DNA of 32,000 nt. Origin: Thermofilum adornatum. Lineage in GTDB: Archaea; Thermoproteota; Thermoprotei; Thermofilales; Thermofilaceae. The DNA is taken from NCBI RefSeq assembly GCF_000446015.1, contig NC_022093.1, positions 540,001 through 572,000 of the forward strand. Reading direction: 5' to 3'. Made by a program: the position numbers and the translations under genes. Below are positions 1 through 8,809 of this stretch, piece after piece. Each line of letters begins with the position of its first letter. Position 1 is the stretch's first letter. The notes under the pieces were generated by a model, which worked only from the letters and a program-made list of their open reading frames with translations, was not told the DNA's origin and did no database searches.

Positions 1-840
1 CAGGTAGTCCTGCCTGACACTTATCGATTCAACGTGGAAAACAGGCTCTTTCCTAACTATGTCGTATGTCCCGAGGATATCTACGAATGGCCCCTCGTCT
101 ACCCGTTTCCCAGCTACGAATTCCCCGGTTATTATTATTTCCGTGGGAATAGGCAACGCGACTCCTTCAAGGAAGCTGTCAGTCCCCCTCAAGGCGCCGT
201 TTACAAGTGTGTTTGCGACCTCGGCCTCGTAGACGCCAAACGGCGGGCTCATTGCTGCCGCTAGATACATTATCGGTGGTGCACCTATGAGTATGGCCGC
301 TGGGAGGTTCCGTCCCCTCGCCTCTGCCTTCCTGTGTATCTGGTAAAGGTGCCTTGGGACAAGCCTTACTGCTAGGTTTTCCTCGTCTAGTACAAGTGCT
401 CTGTGGATGCTCGCGTTTACTGCGCCTGTCTCGGGGTCTTTCGCTATGAATATGCCTGAAGTAATGTATCTTCCAGCATCCTTCTCGAAGAATTTAAGGA
501 TTGGTAGCTTGTAGAGATCGACGCTCGTTTCCTTGAGGCTGGGCTTTTCTAGAATCCTTATTGATGTAGGGTTTTCCATGGCTCTCGCTACACGTGTATA
601 TATCTCTGCGTCGGAGCCTCCGCCTAGAACCAGCGACAGGTTCTCCCGTTTCGCAAGCAGATTTGCAACAACTTTTCCGTTTGGCGTATCGAGAGCTACG
701 GGGTATGGCTGGGCCTGCTGGATGTGCCAAGCGGCCTCATAGTCTAGCGCGAGTTGCCCCGGGATTTTTCTAAGCAGGCCAGATTCGTCTAAATGTGTCA
801 AAAGTGCTCTAATATCAAGGGAAATATTTTGCTCCATGAG
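1..840 (-). CDS. UbiD-family (prenyl-FMN type) decarboxylase, N-terminal ~280 codons; the 3' end runs off the window
   Basis: Absent from the supplied ORF track because there is no stop codon inside the window. The reverse-strand frame from the ATG at 840-838 stays open to base 1. It reads MEQNISLDIRALLTHLDESGLLRKIPG...KLPILKFFEKDAGRYITSGIFIAKDPETGAVNASIHRALVLDE...RLVPRHLYQIHRKAEARGRNLPAAILIGAPP...VDEGPFVDILGTYD, which matches the conserved UbiD-family blocks. The track ORFs 34..264, 494..730 and 533..742 lie in other frames of this gene. Confidence 0.8.
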
Positions 841-921
841 TACTTTAGACACATGGTTGTGTAAATAAACCTATACTCGGCTGTCATCCATATGCAAGTA
901 GTCAGACTTCTAGAAGATGCG

Positions 922-1404
922 TTAAGACTCTCCCTCTGCCTTCTTTATGACCTTTAAGTCTTCGGCACTTATTGTAACTGGTAAAACAAAGACAGCCTCG
1001 GCCAATTCTACTTTTACCTCGTTCCTTGACTTGTCGATGCCCACAATTTTGCCACGCATTCCAGTGAAGGGGCCCCTAATTATTTCTACAAGGTCGCCAA
1101 CATTAAGCTGTTCCACAAGTGGCTTGGGCTTCAGCATTTTCTCCATTTCGGCGAGGCTAACCGCGCCCCCTATGACGCCCCTGACATGTTTCAGGCCATA
1201 GGCAAGCCTTTGTGCCTCGTAGAGGGCGTCGCTTTCAACAAACACTAGGCCCTTAAGTGCGGGGATAACGAGTATCGAGTACACCTTGTAGTTTCCAGAG
1301 GTTGCACGTCTATACAGGAGATAGGCAACGTTGTATTCCTGGCCCTGGGTTACCCTCAGCGCGTAGAAACGGGAGAGCTCAACCTTCTTCTCCTCTGCCA
1401 ACAA
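922..1404 (-). CDS. spt5: Transcription elongation factor Spt5 (archaeal NusG)
   Basis: 160 aa with an NGN domain followed by a KOW motif (GDLVEIIRGPFTGMRGKIVGID). It lies directly downstream of secE, the conserved secE-nusG arrangement. Confidence 0.9.
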   Translation of the reverse strand: MLAEEKKVELSRFYALRVTQGQEYNVAYLLYRRATSGNYKVYSILVIPALKGLVFVESDALYEAQRLAYGLKHVRGVIGGAVSLAEMEKMLKPKPLVEQLNVGDLVEIIRGPFTGMRGKIVGIDKSRNEVKVELAEAVFVLPVTISAEDLKVIKKAEGES

Positions 1405-1418
1405 TCTTCACCCAGGGG

Positions 1419-1697
1419 CTATATTTCTTCGCGTCTGCGTAGATAGACGGCGAGGACGAGGATTACCACTATGATGATTATTCCTCCTAGGAGTACGTAT
1501 TCCCTAGAGATGCCTCCCAGGCCAGCAAATTCTAGGAACGAGCCCATCAGCTGGAATACGAAGCCTATGGTTCCTAGGAGGCCCAGACCAATTAGCACTA
1601 CTCGTAGCATCATCTTGTATTCTTCTGGTTCTGGGCGTGAAACCATCCTCAATAGCCGGATAATTGTGTCGCTGAGTTTGCCACTTTTGCTACTCAT
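1419..1697 (-). CDS. secE: Protein translocase subunit SecE (Sec61-gamma), with an extra C-terminal hydrophobic segment
   Basis: 92 aa. The N-terminal amphipathic part (RMVSRPEPEEYKMMLRV) is followed by a TM helix (VLIGLGLLGTIGFVFQLMG), as in archaeal SecE. Synteny with spt5 supports the call. A second TM-like stretch (YVLLGGIIIIVVILVLAVYL) follows. Confidence 0.75.
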   Translation of the reverse strand: MSSKSGKLSDTIIRLLRMVSRPEPEEYKMMLRVVLIGLGLLGTIGFVFQLMGSFLEFAGLGGISREYVLLGGIIIIVVILVLAVYLRRREEI

Positions 1698-1754
1698 GTC
1701 GCTCGGTTCTTCTGAGAAAAATGTAAAATAAATATCTTGTGTTTCGGGAAAACT

Positions 1755-2714
1755 TTACTGATGTAAGGGCTGTTTGCCCAGATACTTGGTCCACTCTGGG
1801 TACAGCAGGTGAAGGAGAACAGCCTTAGACGTATGCAACCTGTTTTCGGCCTGATCAAACACCACGCTGTTTTTCGACTCTACAACCTCGTCGGTTATCT
1901 CTTCGCCCCTATGCGCAGGCAGGCAGTGCATCACGATAAAGTCTTCCCTCCCCACGTGTTTCAAAAGCTCGCTGTTTACCTGGTACCTTGGGAGAAAAGC
2001 CTTGAGCCTGGCCTCCTTCTCTTTTTCTTGCCCCATGCTCACAAACACGTCCGTATAGATAACGTCCGCGTCCTTCACAGCCTCATATGGGTCTTCCGTA
2101 ACCTGGATCTTGGACAAATACTCTTTTCCAACTAGATCCTCCCTGGGCATGTAATCTCTTGGAGACGCCACTGTAATCTTGGCTCCAAGCTTGACTCCAG
2201 CAATTATAAGCGAATTGAGAACATTGTCCGTGCCGTCCCCTACAAACGTAATCTTTACTCCGTCTATCTTGCCCTTCTTCTCCAGGATAGTCATATAGTC
2301 GGCTAGCGACTGTAACGGGTGATACTTATCGCTCAGCAGGTTAACAACTGGAACACTTGAATATCTTGCAAGCTCCTCTAGATCCTCGTGCCGATAAACC
2401 CTGGCAGCTATGAGGTCGTGGTACCTGGACAAGACGCGCGCAACATCTTTTACGGGTTCTCCCCTGGCAAGCTGCAACTCGTTAGAGGAGTAGCTTACGG
2501 GGAACGCCCCAAGTTCATATGCGGCGACAGTAAATGAGGCGCGGGTCCTTGTAGAGGGCTTCTCAAAAATCATTGCAACTGTTTTCCCGGATAATAGATT
2601 CAGGTACTTTGCACCTGCATTTCTAAGCTTTTTGAGCAGGATTGAGTCTTGTAGAAGTGCAAGTATCTCTTCTCTAGAGAAATCTCTCAAGGTTAACAGG
2701 TCTCTTTTCTTCAC
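1755..2714 (-). CDS. argF: Ornithine carbamoyltransferase
   Basis: 319 aa with the carbamoyl-phosphate motif STRTRASF, and with HPLQSLAD, DVFVSMGQE and the OTCase-specific HCLPAHRGEE. Confidence 0.9.
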   Translation of the reverse strand: MKKRDLLTLRDFSREEILALLQDSILLKKLRNAGAKYLNLLSGKTVAMIFEKPSTRTRASFTVAAYELGAFPVSYSSNELQLARGEPVKDVARVLSRYHDLIAARVYRHEDLEELARYSSVPVVNLLSDKYHPLQSLADYMTILEKKGKIDGVKITFVGDGTDNVLNSLIIAGVKLGAKITVASPRDYMPREDLVGKEYLSKIQVTEDPYEAVKDADVIYTDVFVSMGQEKEKEARLKAFLPRYQVNSELLKHVGREDFIVMHCLPAHRGEEITDEVVESKNSVVFDQAENRLHTSKAVLLHLLYPEWTKYLGKQPLHQ

Positions 2715-2807
2715 GTTTCAAAAATTTTTGATCAAAAATTTAAAAGTGACGCAGGTAAACCAAGAAAATATATACCAGTTTATCAGACTTTGTGTCTTTG
2801 AGTCTGC

Positions 2808-4166
2808 ATGTGGTCGATGCTGTATCTTTTAAGGAACAATCCCCAGCGTCTCATAGACAACATGAAGGCTAGGTTTCTGGATACGGGTCTGGTGGAGGAG
2901 GCTATAAGGCTTGACACTGAGTGGAGGGCGAAGAAGAAGGAGTATGACGAGGCAAAACACGAACTGAATGTTGTCTCCTCCCGCATCAGGACGGCGCAAG
3001 GCGAGGAGAGGGAACAGATCCTGGCCAAGGCACGTGAATTGAGCAGGAAAGTTGACAATATCGAGAAAGAGCTGGCCGAGCTCGAGGCAAAGAGAGACGA
3101 GGTTTTGAAAAAGTTGCCAAATGTTATCCACGAGACAGTCCCCATCGGTCCCGACGAAAGCTATAACCAGCCAGTGAGATACTGGGGAAAGCCGAAGGTT
3201 TACAGTGGAGACGTTGAAGCATTCTTGAAGGAAACCAAGGAGAAGGGCTTCAACGTTGACTATGAGGTAATTGACTGGAAACCGCTGGGCCACGCAGATT
3301 TTCTGGAAAGCAAAGGGCTCACAAACACTCAGAAGGCAGGCGAAGTTGCAGGAGCAAGATTCTACTACATGTTCAACGACCTTTTGTGGCTCGAACTCGC
3401 GCTAGAAATGTATGCACTGGAATTCCTGGCTTCGCAGGGATTCACTATACTTCTGCCACCCTACATGCTTAGACGTGAAGTCTTGGAGGGAGTGATAAGC
3501 TTCGAGGACTTCCGAGACATGGTCTATAAGATTGATGGCGAAGAACTGTACCTGATCGGCACAGCCGAGCACCCGATAGCCGCGCTACACTCAGGGGACG
3601 TTATACCAGAAAAAGACTTGCCACTACTTTATGCTGGCCTCAGTCCATCGTTTAGGAAAGAGGCTGGCGCTCATGGAAAAGACACCAAGGGAATCTTCAG
3701 GGTCCACCACTTCGAAAAGGTAGAACAGTTCGTCTTCTCGCATCCCGACGAGAGCTGGAAATGGCATGAAAAGCTGATAGAGAACGCCGAGAAATTGTGG
3801 CAGGGACTAGAGATACCCTACCGGGTCGTCAACATAGCTTCTGGAGATCTAGGAATGGTGGCCGCCAAAAAGTATGACTTAGAAGCATGGATGCCTGCCC
3901 AGGCTAAGTACAGAGAAATGGTGTCATGCTCGAACTGCACTGATTGGCAAAGCTACAGGCTTAACATAAGGTATGCTGAATACAAAGGAGGTGTAACGAA
4001 GGGTTATGTCCACACCCTAAACAGCACCGCCCTCGCTATTCAGCGGACAATCTGTGCTATAGTGGAAAACCACCAGACAAAGGACGGCTACGTAAAGGTA
4101 CCGAAAGTACTTCATAAATACCTAGAACATGTAGAGAAAAACCTTAAGGTACTTGTACTTGAATAG
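2808..4166 (+). CDS. serS: Seryl-tRNA synthetase
   Basis: 452 aa with an N-terminal coiled-coil arm and a class II core (TAEHPIAA, FRKEAGAHGKDTKGIFRVHHFEKVEQF, TALAIQRT). The true start may be the second ATG at 2817 (MLYLLRNNPQ...). Confidence 0.93.
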   Translation: MWSMLYLLRNNPQRLIDNMKARFLDTGLVEEAIRLDTEWRAKKKEYDEAKHELNVVSSRIRTAQGEEREQILAKARELSRKVDNIEKELAELEAKRDEVLKKLPNVIHETVPIGPDESYNQPVRYWGKPKVYSGDVEAFLKETKEKGFNVDYEVIDWKPLGHADFLESKGLTNTQKAGEVAGARFYYMFNDLLWLELALEMYALEFLASQGFTILLPPYMLRREVLEGVISFEDFRDMVYKIDGEELYLIGTAEHPIAALHSGDVIPEKDLPLLYAGLSPSFRKEAGAHGKDTKGIFRVHHFEKVEQFVFSHPDESWKWHEKLIENAEKLWQGLEIPYRVVNIASGDLGMVAAKKYDLEAWMPAQAKYREMVSCSNCTDWQSYRLNIRYAEYKGGVTKGYVHTLNSTALAIQRTICAIVENHQTKDGYVKVPKVLHKYLEHVEKNLKVLVLE

Positions 4167-4236
4167 TTGCCATTCCTCTTCTCATGGTAAAGATAATCTT
4201 TTATATACACATTTAACCATTTATGCTTGATGAAAT

Positions 4237-4635
4237 ATGAGTACACGACCCGAGGAAGCTGGAAACATCAAGGTTGGATCGTTCATAGTTATCGACGGTG
4301 AACCTTGCAAGGTAGTTGAAGTCGAGAAAAGCAAAACAGGAAAACATGGATCCGCGAAGGCCAGGATAGTGGGCATAGGCTTCTTTGACGGAAGCAAAAG
4401 AAGCATCGTTGTGCCAACAGACGCACGCGTAGAGGTCCCAGTGATAAGGAAGTTCACTGCACAAGTCGTTGCTATTGTTGGTGACAACCTACAGTTGATG
4501 AACCTGGAAGACTACTCTACATTTGAGATGCCGATGCCACAGGAAGAAGAACTAAAGTCAAAGCTCAGCGAGGGCGTTGAGGTCGAAGTCTGGGAAGTAA
4601 TGGGCAGACCAAAGATAATGAGGATTAGGACTTAG
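4237..4635 (+). CDS. eif5a: Translation initiation factor 5A (aIF5A)
   Basis: 132 aa with the hypusine-site loop [16 protein letters not shown]. Confidence 0.95.
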   Translation: MSTRPEEAGNIKVGSFIVIDGEPCKVVEVEKSKTGKHGSAKARIVGIGFFDGSKRSIVVPTDARVEVPVIRKFTAQVVAIVGDNLQLMNLEDYSTFEMPMPQEEELKSKLSEGVEVEVWEVMGRPKIMRIRT

Positions 4636-4694
4636 AGACTATTTTCGTGATGAGCCAGGCAGGAGTGAGCCAAAAGCGATGACCGCGATCTTGA

Positions 4695-5243
4695 GTGCTG
4701 ACACAAATTTTCTCCTGGCTTACACCTGAGGGATGCGTACTGCCACAAAAAGAGTGCAAAATTGGGCTTGTCGGTGGCACTTTTTCTCTCCTTCACCGGG
4801 GACATAGACACCTTCTGAGATATGCGGCCAGCAAGTCTGAGAAACTTATAGTTGGCGTGACTAGCGACGAATATATTAGGAAAAACCAAAAAAGTCATCC
4901 AGTAGAGCCATACGAGCTGAGAGCGTTATCCGTGATTCTATTCTTGATGCACGTTGACCCCTCGCTAAACATACTCGTAGTGCCAATCGACGATGAGTAT
5001 GGACCAGCTTTAACAGAGGTGGAGGCTGACTGTATTTTCGTAAGCGAAGAAACATTCTCAGGCGCTGTAAAGGTAAACCTGGCCAGGAGAGCGAGGGGTC
5101 TAAAACCTCTCAAGGTGTATTCCGTTGAGCTCATAGGACATGAGGGAGAAAAACTCTCAAGTACAACGTTATGGAGAAAAATATTAAGCAGACAGACTAG
5201 AGGCGATTTTTCTCCGTATAGCTTCAACAAGGAAAATTACTAA
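4695..5243 (+). CDS. coaD: Phosphopantetheine adenylyltransferase, archaeal type (cytidylyltransferase fold)
   Basis: Contains GGTFSLLHRGHRHLL (the HxGH nucleotidyltransferase motif), VGVTSDEY, FVSEETFSGA and LSSTTLW. The start is a GTG and is uncertain: about 25 residues precede the conserved VGGTF, more than usual. The 3' end overlaps the convergent ORF 5184..5417 by 60 nt. Confidence 0.8.
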   Translation: MLTQIFSWLTPEGCVLPQKECKIGLVGGTFSLLHRGHRHLLRYAASKSEKLIVGVTSDEYIRKNQKSHPVEPYELRALSVILFLMHVDPSLNILVVPIDDEYGPALTEVEADCIFVSEETFSGAVKVNLARRARGLKPLKVYSVELIGHEGEKLSSTTLWRKILSRQTRGDFSPYSFNKENY

Positions 5244-5417
5244 TAGCCCCCATATAGCCAGGATAAGTATTCCCAGGAGACTCCTTGCAAAACTCTGTGG
5301 AACAACTGTTGCAACCTTCTCAGCCAGTGCTACGAGGGCAATAAGAGACCCCCAGAAAACAAGTAACACCCCAGACAAGAGAGCAATGGTTCTAATCTTC
5401 CTATTTATGCTAGCCAT
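5184..5417 (-). CDS. Small hypothetical membrane protein (two predicted TM helices)
   Basis: 77 aa with two long hydrophobic stretches. It lies immediately downstream of, and co-oriented with, the GT4 phosphotransferase gene. No recognisable family. Confidence 0.45.
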   Translation of the reverse strand: MASINRKIRTIALLSGVLLVFWGSLIALVALAEKVATVVPQSFARSLLGILILAIWGLLVIFLVEAIRRKIASSLSA

Positions 5418-5422
5418 CTACA

Positions 5423-6445
5423 TCACCCCACCGGTGTTAACAAATAGGACAGAAAAGCAAGGAAAGCTGCTACAACTTCCAACCATATGTACATTTCAGC
5501 AACCTCTTTCTCAGTTAACGGCCCAGAGAAATGCAGAATCAGTCTAGTTAAGGTCAGAGGTGCCTTTGGGTCTGGGTTAGACCTTAATATCCCGTTCTCT
5601 ACAAGAACCGGCCTCACTTTTATTTCCCGATGCTCCCTGAAGCCCCTAAAGCTCACTAGAACAAAGAGACCATTAAGTATATGTGGCAACAGAAGAACCA
5701 GGACAACGAACTCCAGGTGGAAAGCTACGGCAATTGCTCCAAGAAGAGCGCCCAGGAAGAGACTACCGCTGTCCCCGTTAAATATCCTCGCAGGGTAAGC
5801 GTTGAAAGGATAATAGGCGAGTAGAACGGCTAGAGATACTACTGTTAGTACAAAGAGAAGCGTGTCTCCTTTCAGTAAACTGATTATGGCAAGTGTTGTA
5901 AATATGACTATTGACGTGCCTGGGACAATGCCGTTTAAAACATCAAGCATGTTGACGACGTTTGCCGTGCCGGCAACGGAGACAGGTAGGAGGAGCCAGT
6001 ATATTATTGTCATTCTCATCCTGCCAATTATTGGAACTACTGGTCTGCCCCATTCGATAGCTTTTGGGTAAAGAAAACCTATGACGGCTAGTGGAACAAA
6101 TGTAAAAACGCTTAGAATAGTTTTCGTCAGTCCTCCCAGGATTTTTTTGTCATCTATGTATCCTATAGCGAAACCTATCCCAGCGCTGAGGGCGACTCCA
6201 ACTAGTTTTGCTAGAGAAGATGCGTCCAGAGGATAGAAAAGCATGAACAATATCAGTCCAGATACAAAGCCTATAAAGAGGGCTACGCCTCCGCTGTGCG
6301 CAACGAGAGGATTTCCAGGCTTATGTGCATCGGGCCGGCTTAGGCCGTGCTCCAAGTGCAGCTTAATTATTTTAGGTGTGGCTATCTTTACCACTAGAAA
6401 AGCTACGATAGACGACAGCAAGACACCTAAAAAGGCTTCCGGCAT
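5423..6445 (-). CDS. Glycosyltransferase family 4 polyprenyl-phosphate HexNAc-1-phosphate transferase (AglH/WecA/MraY-like)
   Basis: 340 aa polytopic membrane protein with MraY/WecA-type motifs (GYIDDKK, NVVNMLDVLNG, NAYPARIFNGDSGSLFLGALLG). Confidence 0.85.
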   Translation of the reverse strand: MPEAFLGVLLSSIVAFLVVKIATPKIIKLHLEHGLSRPDAHKPGNPLVAHSGGVALFIGFVSGLILFMLFYPLDASSLAKLVGVALSAGIGFAIGYIDDKKILGGLTKTILSVFTFVPLAVIGFLYPKAIEWGRPVVPIIGRMRMTIIYWLLLPVSVAGTANVVNMLDVLNGIVPGTSIVIFTTLAIISLLKGDTLLFVLTVVSLAVLLAYYPFNAYPARIFNGDSGSLFLGALLGAIAVAFHLEFVVLVLLLPHILNGLFVLVSFRGFREHREIKVRPVLVENGILRSNPDPKAPLTLTRLILHFSGPLTEKEVAEMYIWLEVVAAFLAFLSYLLTPVG

Positions 6446-6458
6446 ACCTCATTACCTC

Positions 6459-7460
6459 CTAGACAACACCTGTTTTTTTGGCTACGTAACCCATCAACAC
6501 TGGGAACAATATAGTTACATCCCCCGGCACTGTCACATGTTTGGCCTGAGGCTTTATTTTTCCCCAGCTTATTGCCTCCCTGGTCTGTGCTCCAGACAAG
6601 CTCCCGTCCCACTCTGGAGCCGAAGTAATTTGGACTGCATAGTCTAGTCCACCTCGGAACTGTGACCACCAAATAAGGTGGTGCTTAGATATGCCGCCGC
6701 CAAGAATTATACCCGTCAAGTTGTCAACACTGTATATGTATTCGGAGATTTTTCTCTCGTCTTCTAGCAAGTCAAGCTTGACTTGCTTGGCGTTGGGTCT
6801 GAGGCGTTGCTCCTCGTTAAAGGTAAATATGGCGGTTCCAAATGCAGAATCGAGAACTCCGGGTGCAAACAGGAGCTTGTTTCTCTCATAGACGGCTCTG
6901 AGAATAGATGACTCGTCTCTGAGTCTTTTACCAGACTCATGTGCAAGCTCGCTGGTTGTCCATGTATCTTTTATTTTTATTAGTTCCTCGAGCATCTCGT
7001 GGACGAAACGCTCAATTGGCGGGCCATAGTTTTCGACGGGAATAAGGATGTTTCCCAGCCTATGTATTTCGAGCTCTTTTAGAAAGACGTCGTCCATCGC
7101 GAATTCGCCTATATAGTAGTTGTTCCCTGTTCCTCGTGCAATGTCATGGTCGAAAGTGCCGCCAGTCGTCATGAGTAGTTCACATATCCCTTTATTGACC
7201 ATATCGGCTATGATGCCCCTTAAGCCCGTAGAGACAAGGTTTGCTGGAAAAGCCAACGCAATCTTGCTAGAGGTGGTGATCGCATCGACCAGTATATCTG
7301 CGGCTCTCACTAGGTATTTTACCGAGAAGCCTCCCATCTGTTTATACTTCTCCATTAATTTTTCCGAGGCTTCAGCTATGTCGGCTAGCCTAATGTCTGT
7401 AACTGGCTCACGCAAGAGTTCTCGACGGATTTTTATCTTCTCGCTTTCATTCACAGCCAC
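6459..7460 (-). CDS. dys: Deoxyhypusine synthase
   Basis: 333 aa with NLVSTGLRGII, MTTGGTFDHDI and the ILGGGISKHH block that carries the catalytic lysine. Confidence 0.9.
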   Translation of the reverse strand: MAVNESEKIKIRRELLREPVTDIRLADIAEASEKLMEKYKQMGGFSVKYLVRAADILVDAITTSSKIALAFPANLVSTGLRGIIADMVNKGICELLMTTGGTFDHDIARGTGNNYYIGEFAMDDVFLKELEIHRLGNILIPVENYGPPIERFVHEMLEELIKIKDTWTTSELAHESGKRLRDESSILRAVYERNKLLFAPGVLDSAFGTAIFTFNEEQRLRPNAKQVKLDLLEDERKISEYIYSVDNLTGIILGGGISKHHLIWWSQFRGGLDYAVQITSAPEWDGSLSGAQTREAISWGKIKPQAKHVTVPGDVTILFPVLMGYVAKKTGVV

Positions 7461-7535
7461 GAAGAAAACGTCCTTTCTAAAAAACCTAATGCAGGCTATA
7501 CTGTACAGCTATTTCGGAAAAAGAAGGCCAACGCC

Positions 7536-7754
7536 CTAGTGCACCTTTATACTGAACACTCCTTTCTGACTTATCGACAGCATTTTAGCGGCTTCAGACT
7601 TCTCTGGGTCAATCACCGCTATAAAGCCATCCCACTCCTCGGTGAACTCTCTAGACCCGCATATGGGGCAAACCTCTACAGTGTCCTGGACAAGCGTTTT
7701 ACACTTTACACATGCCTTTAACGGGAGCTTACGTTTCTTAGCCACTCTTTTCAC
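7536..7754 (-). CDS. spt4: Transcription elongation factor Spt4 (RNA polymerase subunit E'')
   Basis: 72 aa with a zinc ribbon CVKC...CPICGS followed by FTEEWDGFIAVIDPEKSEAAK. It overlaps the 3' end of rpoE', the conserved pairing. Confidence 0.9.
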   Translation of the reverse strand: MKRVAKKRKLPLKACVKCKTLVQDTVEVCPICGSREFTEEWDGFIAVIDPEKSEAAKMLSISQKGVFSIKVH

Positions 7755-8325
7755 CGGCTTGCTGCGTCTTAGACTTTTCGATAAGCTCCTTAATAAACTC
7801 TAACTTGCCCAAGTAGGGCTGACGCATCGTCAACCTAATTTTTAGCTGACCTTTCTGCTCATCGTAAGCAATACCAACTACTCTCGCCCTGACAATGTCG
7901 CCCTTCCTTATCGTCCTGGTACCCTTTTCGTCCTGTATAAGAACCACGCCATTTTCTCGATCATACGTTATGTTCTTCGATGGATAGATCTGTGACTTGT
8001 GCACAAAGCCATCAACGGGTCCTAGCCTCACAGTTAGGCCAATATTTTCAACGAGGACAACTTCTCCCTCAACAATCTCGTTATTGACAGCACTATAAAC
8101 CAATGCCTTGAACCTCACATCGTGATATGGCGCGCCATCCCCCCAAGTCAAATAGCCATACTCAGATACATCCACATCCAAAACTGTGACAACCATCCCG
8201 ATTCCCTGGATAACTCTGCCCTCAAACTCCTCTTTCAAAATCTCTAGTGCAACCTCTTTTAGGGGTCTGCCAAACATTCTCGGAGGAATCCTAATTACGT
8301 CTTGAAGCTCTACTAACTTGTACAC
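7738..8325 (-). CDS. rpoE: DNA-directed RNA polymerase subunit E' (Rpo7/Rpb7-like, S1 domain)
   Basis: The track ORF runs to 8373, but the family-typical N-terminus MYKLVELQDVIRIPP begins at the in-frame GTG at 8325-8323. The C-terminal S1 fold includes GDIVRARVVGIAYDE. Confidence 0.88.
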   Translation of the reverse strand: MYKLVELQDVIRIPPRMFGRPLKEVALEILKEEFEGRVIQGIGMVVTVLDVDVSEYGYLTWGDGAPYHDVRFKALVYSAVNNEIVEGEVVLVENIGLTVRLGPVDGFVHKSQIYPSKNITYDRENGVVLIQDEKGTRTIRKGDIVRARVVGIAYDEQKGQLKIRLTMRQPYLGKLEFIKELIEKSKTQQAGEKSG

Positions 8326-8405
8326 ATCTTTGCTTAGACAAACAGATATTTTAAACATTTTCTTTAAAGACAATCATCTCAGAATAATCGCGAGCAACCG
8401 AAACG

Positions 8406-8412
8406 TAAATAA
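8406..8412 (+). promoter_or_regulatory. Putative TATA box for the SRP RNA gene
   Basis: TAAATAA is centred about 27 nt upstream of the first base of the terminal SRP RNA helix (8436). Confidence 0.35.
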
Positions 8413-8435
8413 GACTTCTCAGAACAAAAATAAAT

Positions 8436-8761
8436 GCCCGGCGGGAAAGCCCCAGGGGGCTAGCCCTCCCCTGCACCACAAACGGGCTTTACGGTGGGGG
8501 GCGTCAACCCCCATGGGCGTCCAGCCTGCTGTGCGGAGACCCGCAAAGGTACCAATGAAAACCGTTTCCACGGGACGCCTCGTCCGCGTAAGGCTCCTCG
8601 TAGGAGGAGTCCTTGCGCGGCAGAGGCCGAACCGGGTTAGGCCCGGGAGGGAGCGGCCCTAAGGCCTCCGAGGCGTGTTCGTGGAGGCGACGGTTAGAGG
8701 GCTGCCTTTGCGGGGACCCCACACAGCAGGCTGGGCCACCGTGGGGGGATGCCGCCGGGCA
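8436..8761 (+). ncRNA. Signal recognition particle RNA (7S RNA)
   Basis: A ~325-nt G+C-rich segment. The ends pair (GCCCGGCGG at the 5' end with CCGCCGGGC at the 3' end). A long helix 5 forms between 8522-8549 (CAGCCTGCTGTGCGGAGACCCGCAAAGG) and 8705-8734 (CCTTTGCGGGGACCCCACACAGCAGGCTGG). A helix-6-like hairpin is GGCTCCTC-GTAG-GAGGAGTCC. The helix-8 SRP54-binding motif GGTTAGGCCCGGGAGGGAGCGGCC lies at about 8635-8659. Confidence 0.9.
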
Positions 8762-8782
8762 TTTCTGTATGCGAAAAAAATG

Positions 8783-8790
8783 TATAGTAT
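8783..8790 (+). promoter_or_regulatory. Putative TATA box, preceded by an A-rich BRE-like tract, for the RNase P RNA candidate
   Basis: GCGAAAAAAATGTATAGTAT has its TATA-like core about 24-27 nt upstream of G8810, the first base of the terminal helix. Confidence 0.35.
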
Positions 8791-8809
8791 CACTGTAATC
8801 AATTTTAAT

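Noticed and set aside
2718-2741. A direct repeat TCAAAAATTT, present twice with starts 14 nt apart, plus the palindrome CAAAAATTTTTG in the argF-serS divergent intergenic region.
   Set aside because: It sits where TATA/BRE elements for a leaderless argF transcript are expected (about 27 nt upstream of the start). A/T-rich promoter sequence is the simplest explanation, and there is no evidence for a specific operator.
2783-3293. Long antisense ORFs inside well-supported genes. Examples are 2783..3145 and 2829..3293 in serS, 12805..13305 in fen, 13957..14526 in lig, 24125..24526 in porA, 26393..26758 and others in rgy, 11442..11798 in rps6e, and 29641..30024 in nadM.
   Set aside because: Each is fully nested opposite a gene with clear family motifs and has biased, Ser/Leu-rich composition. 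These are shadow ORFs.
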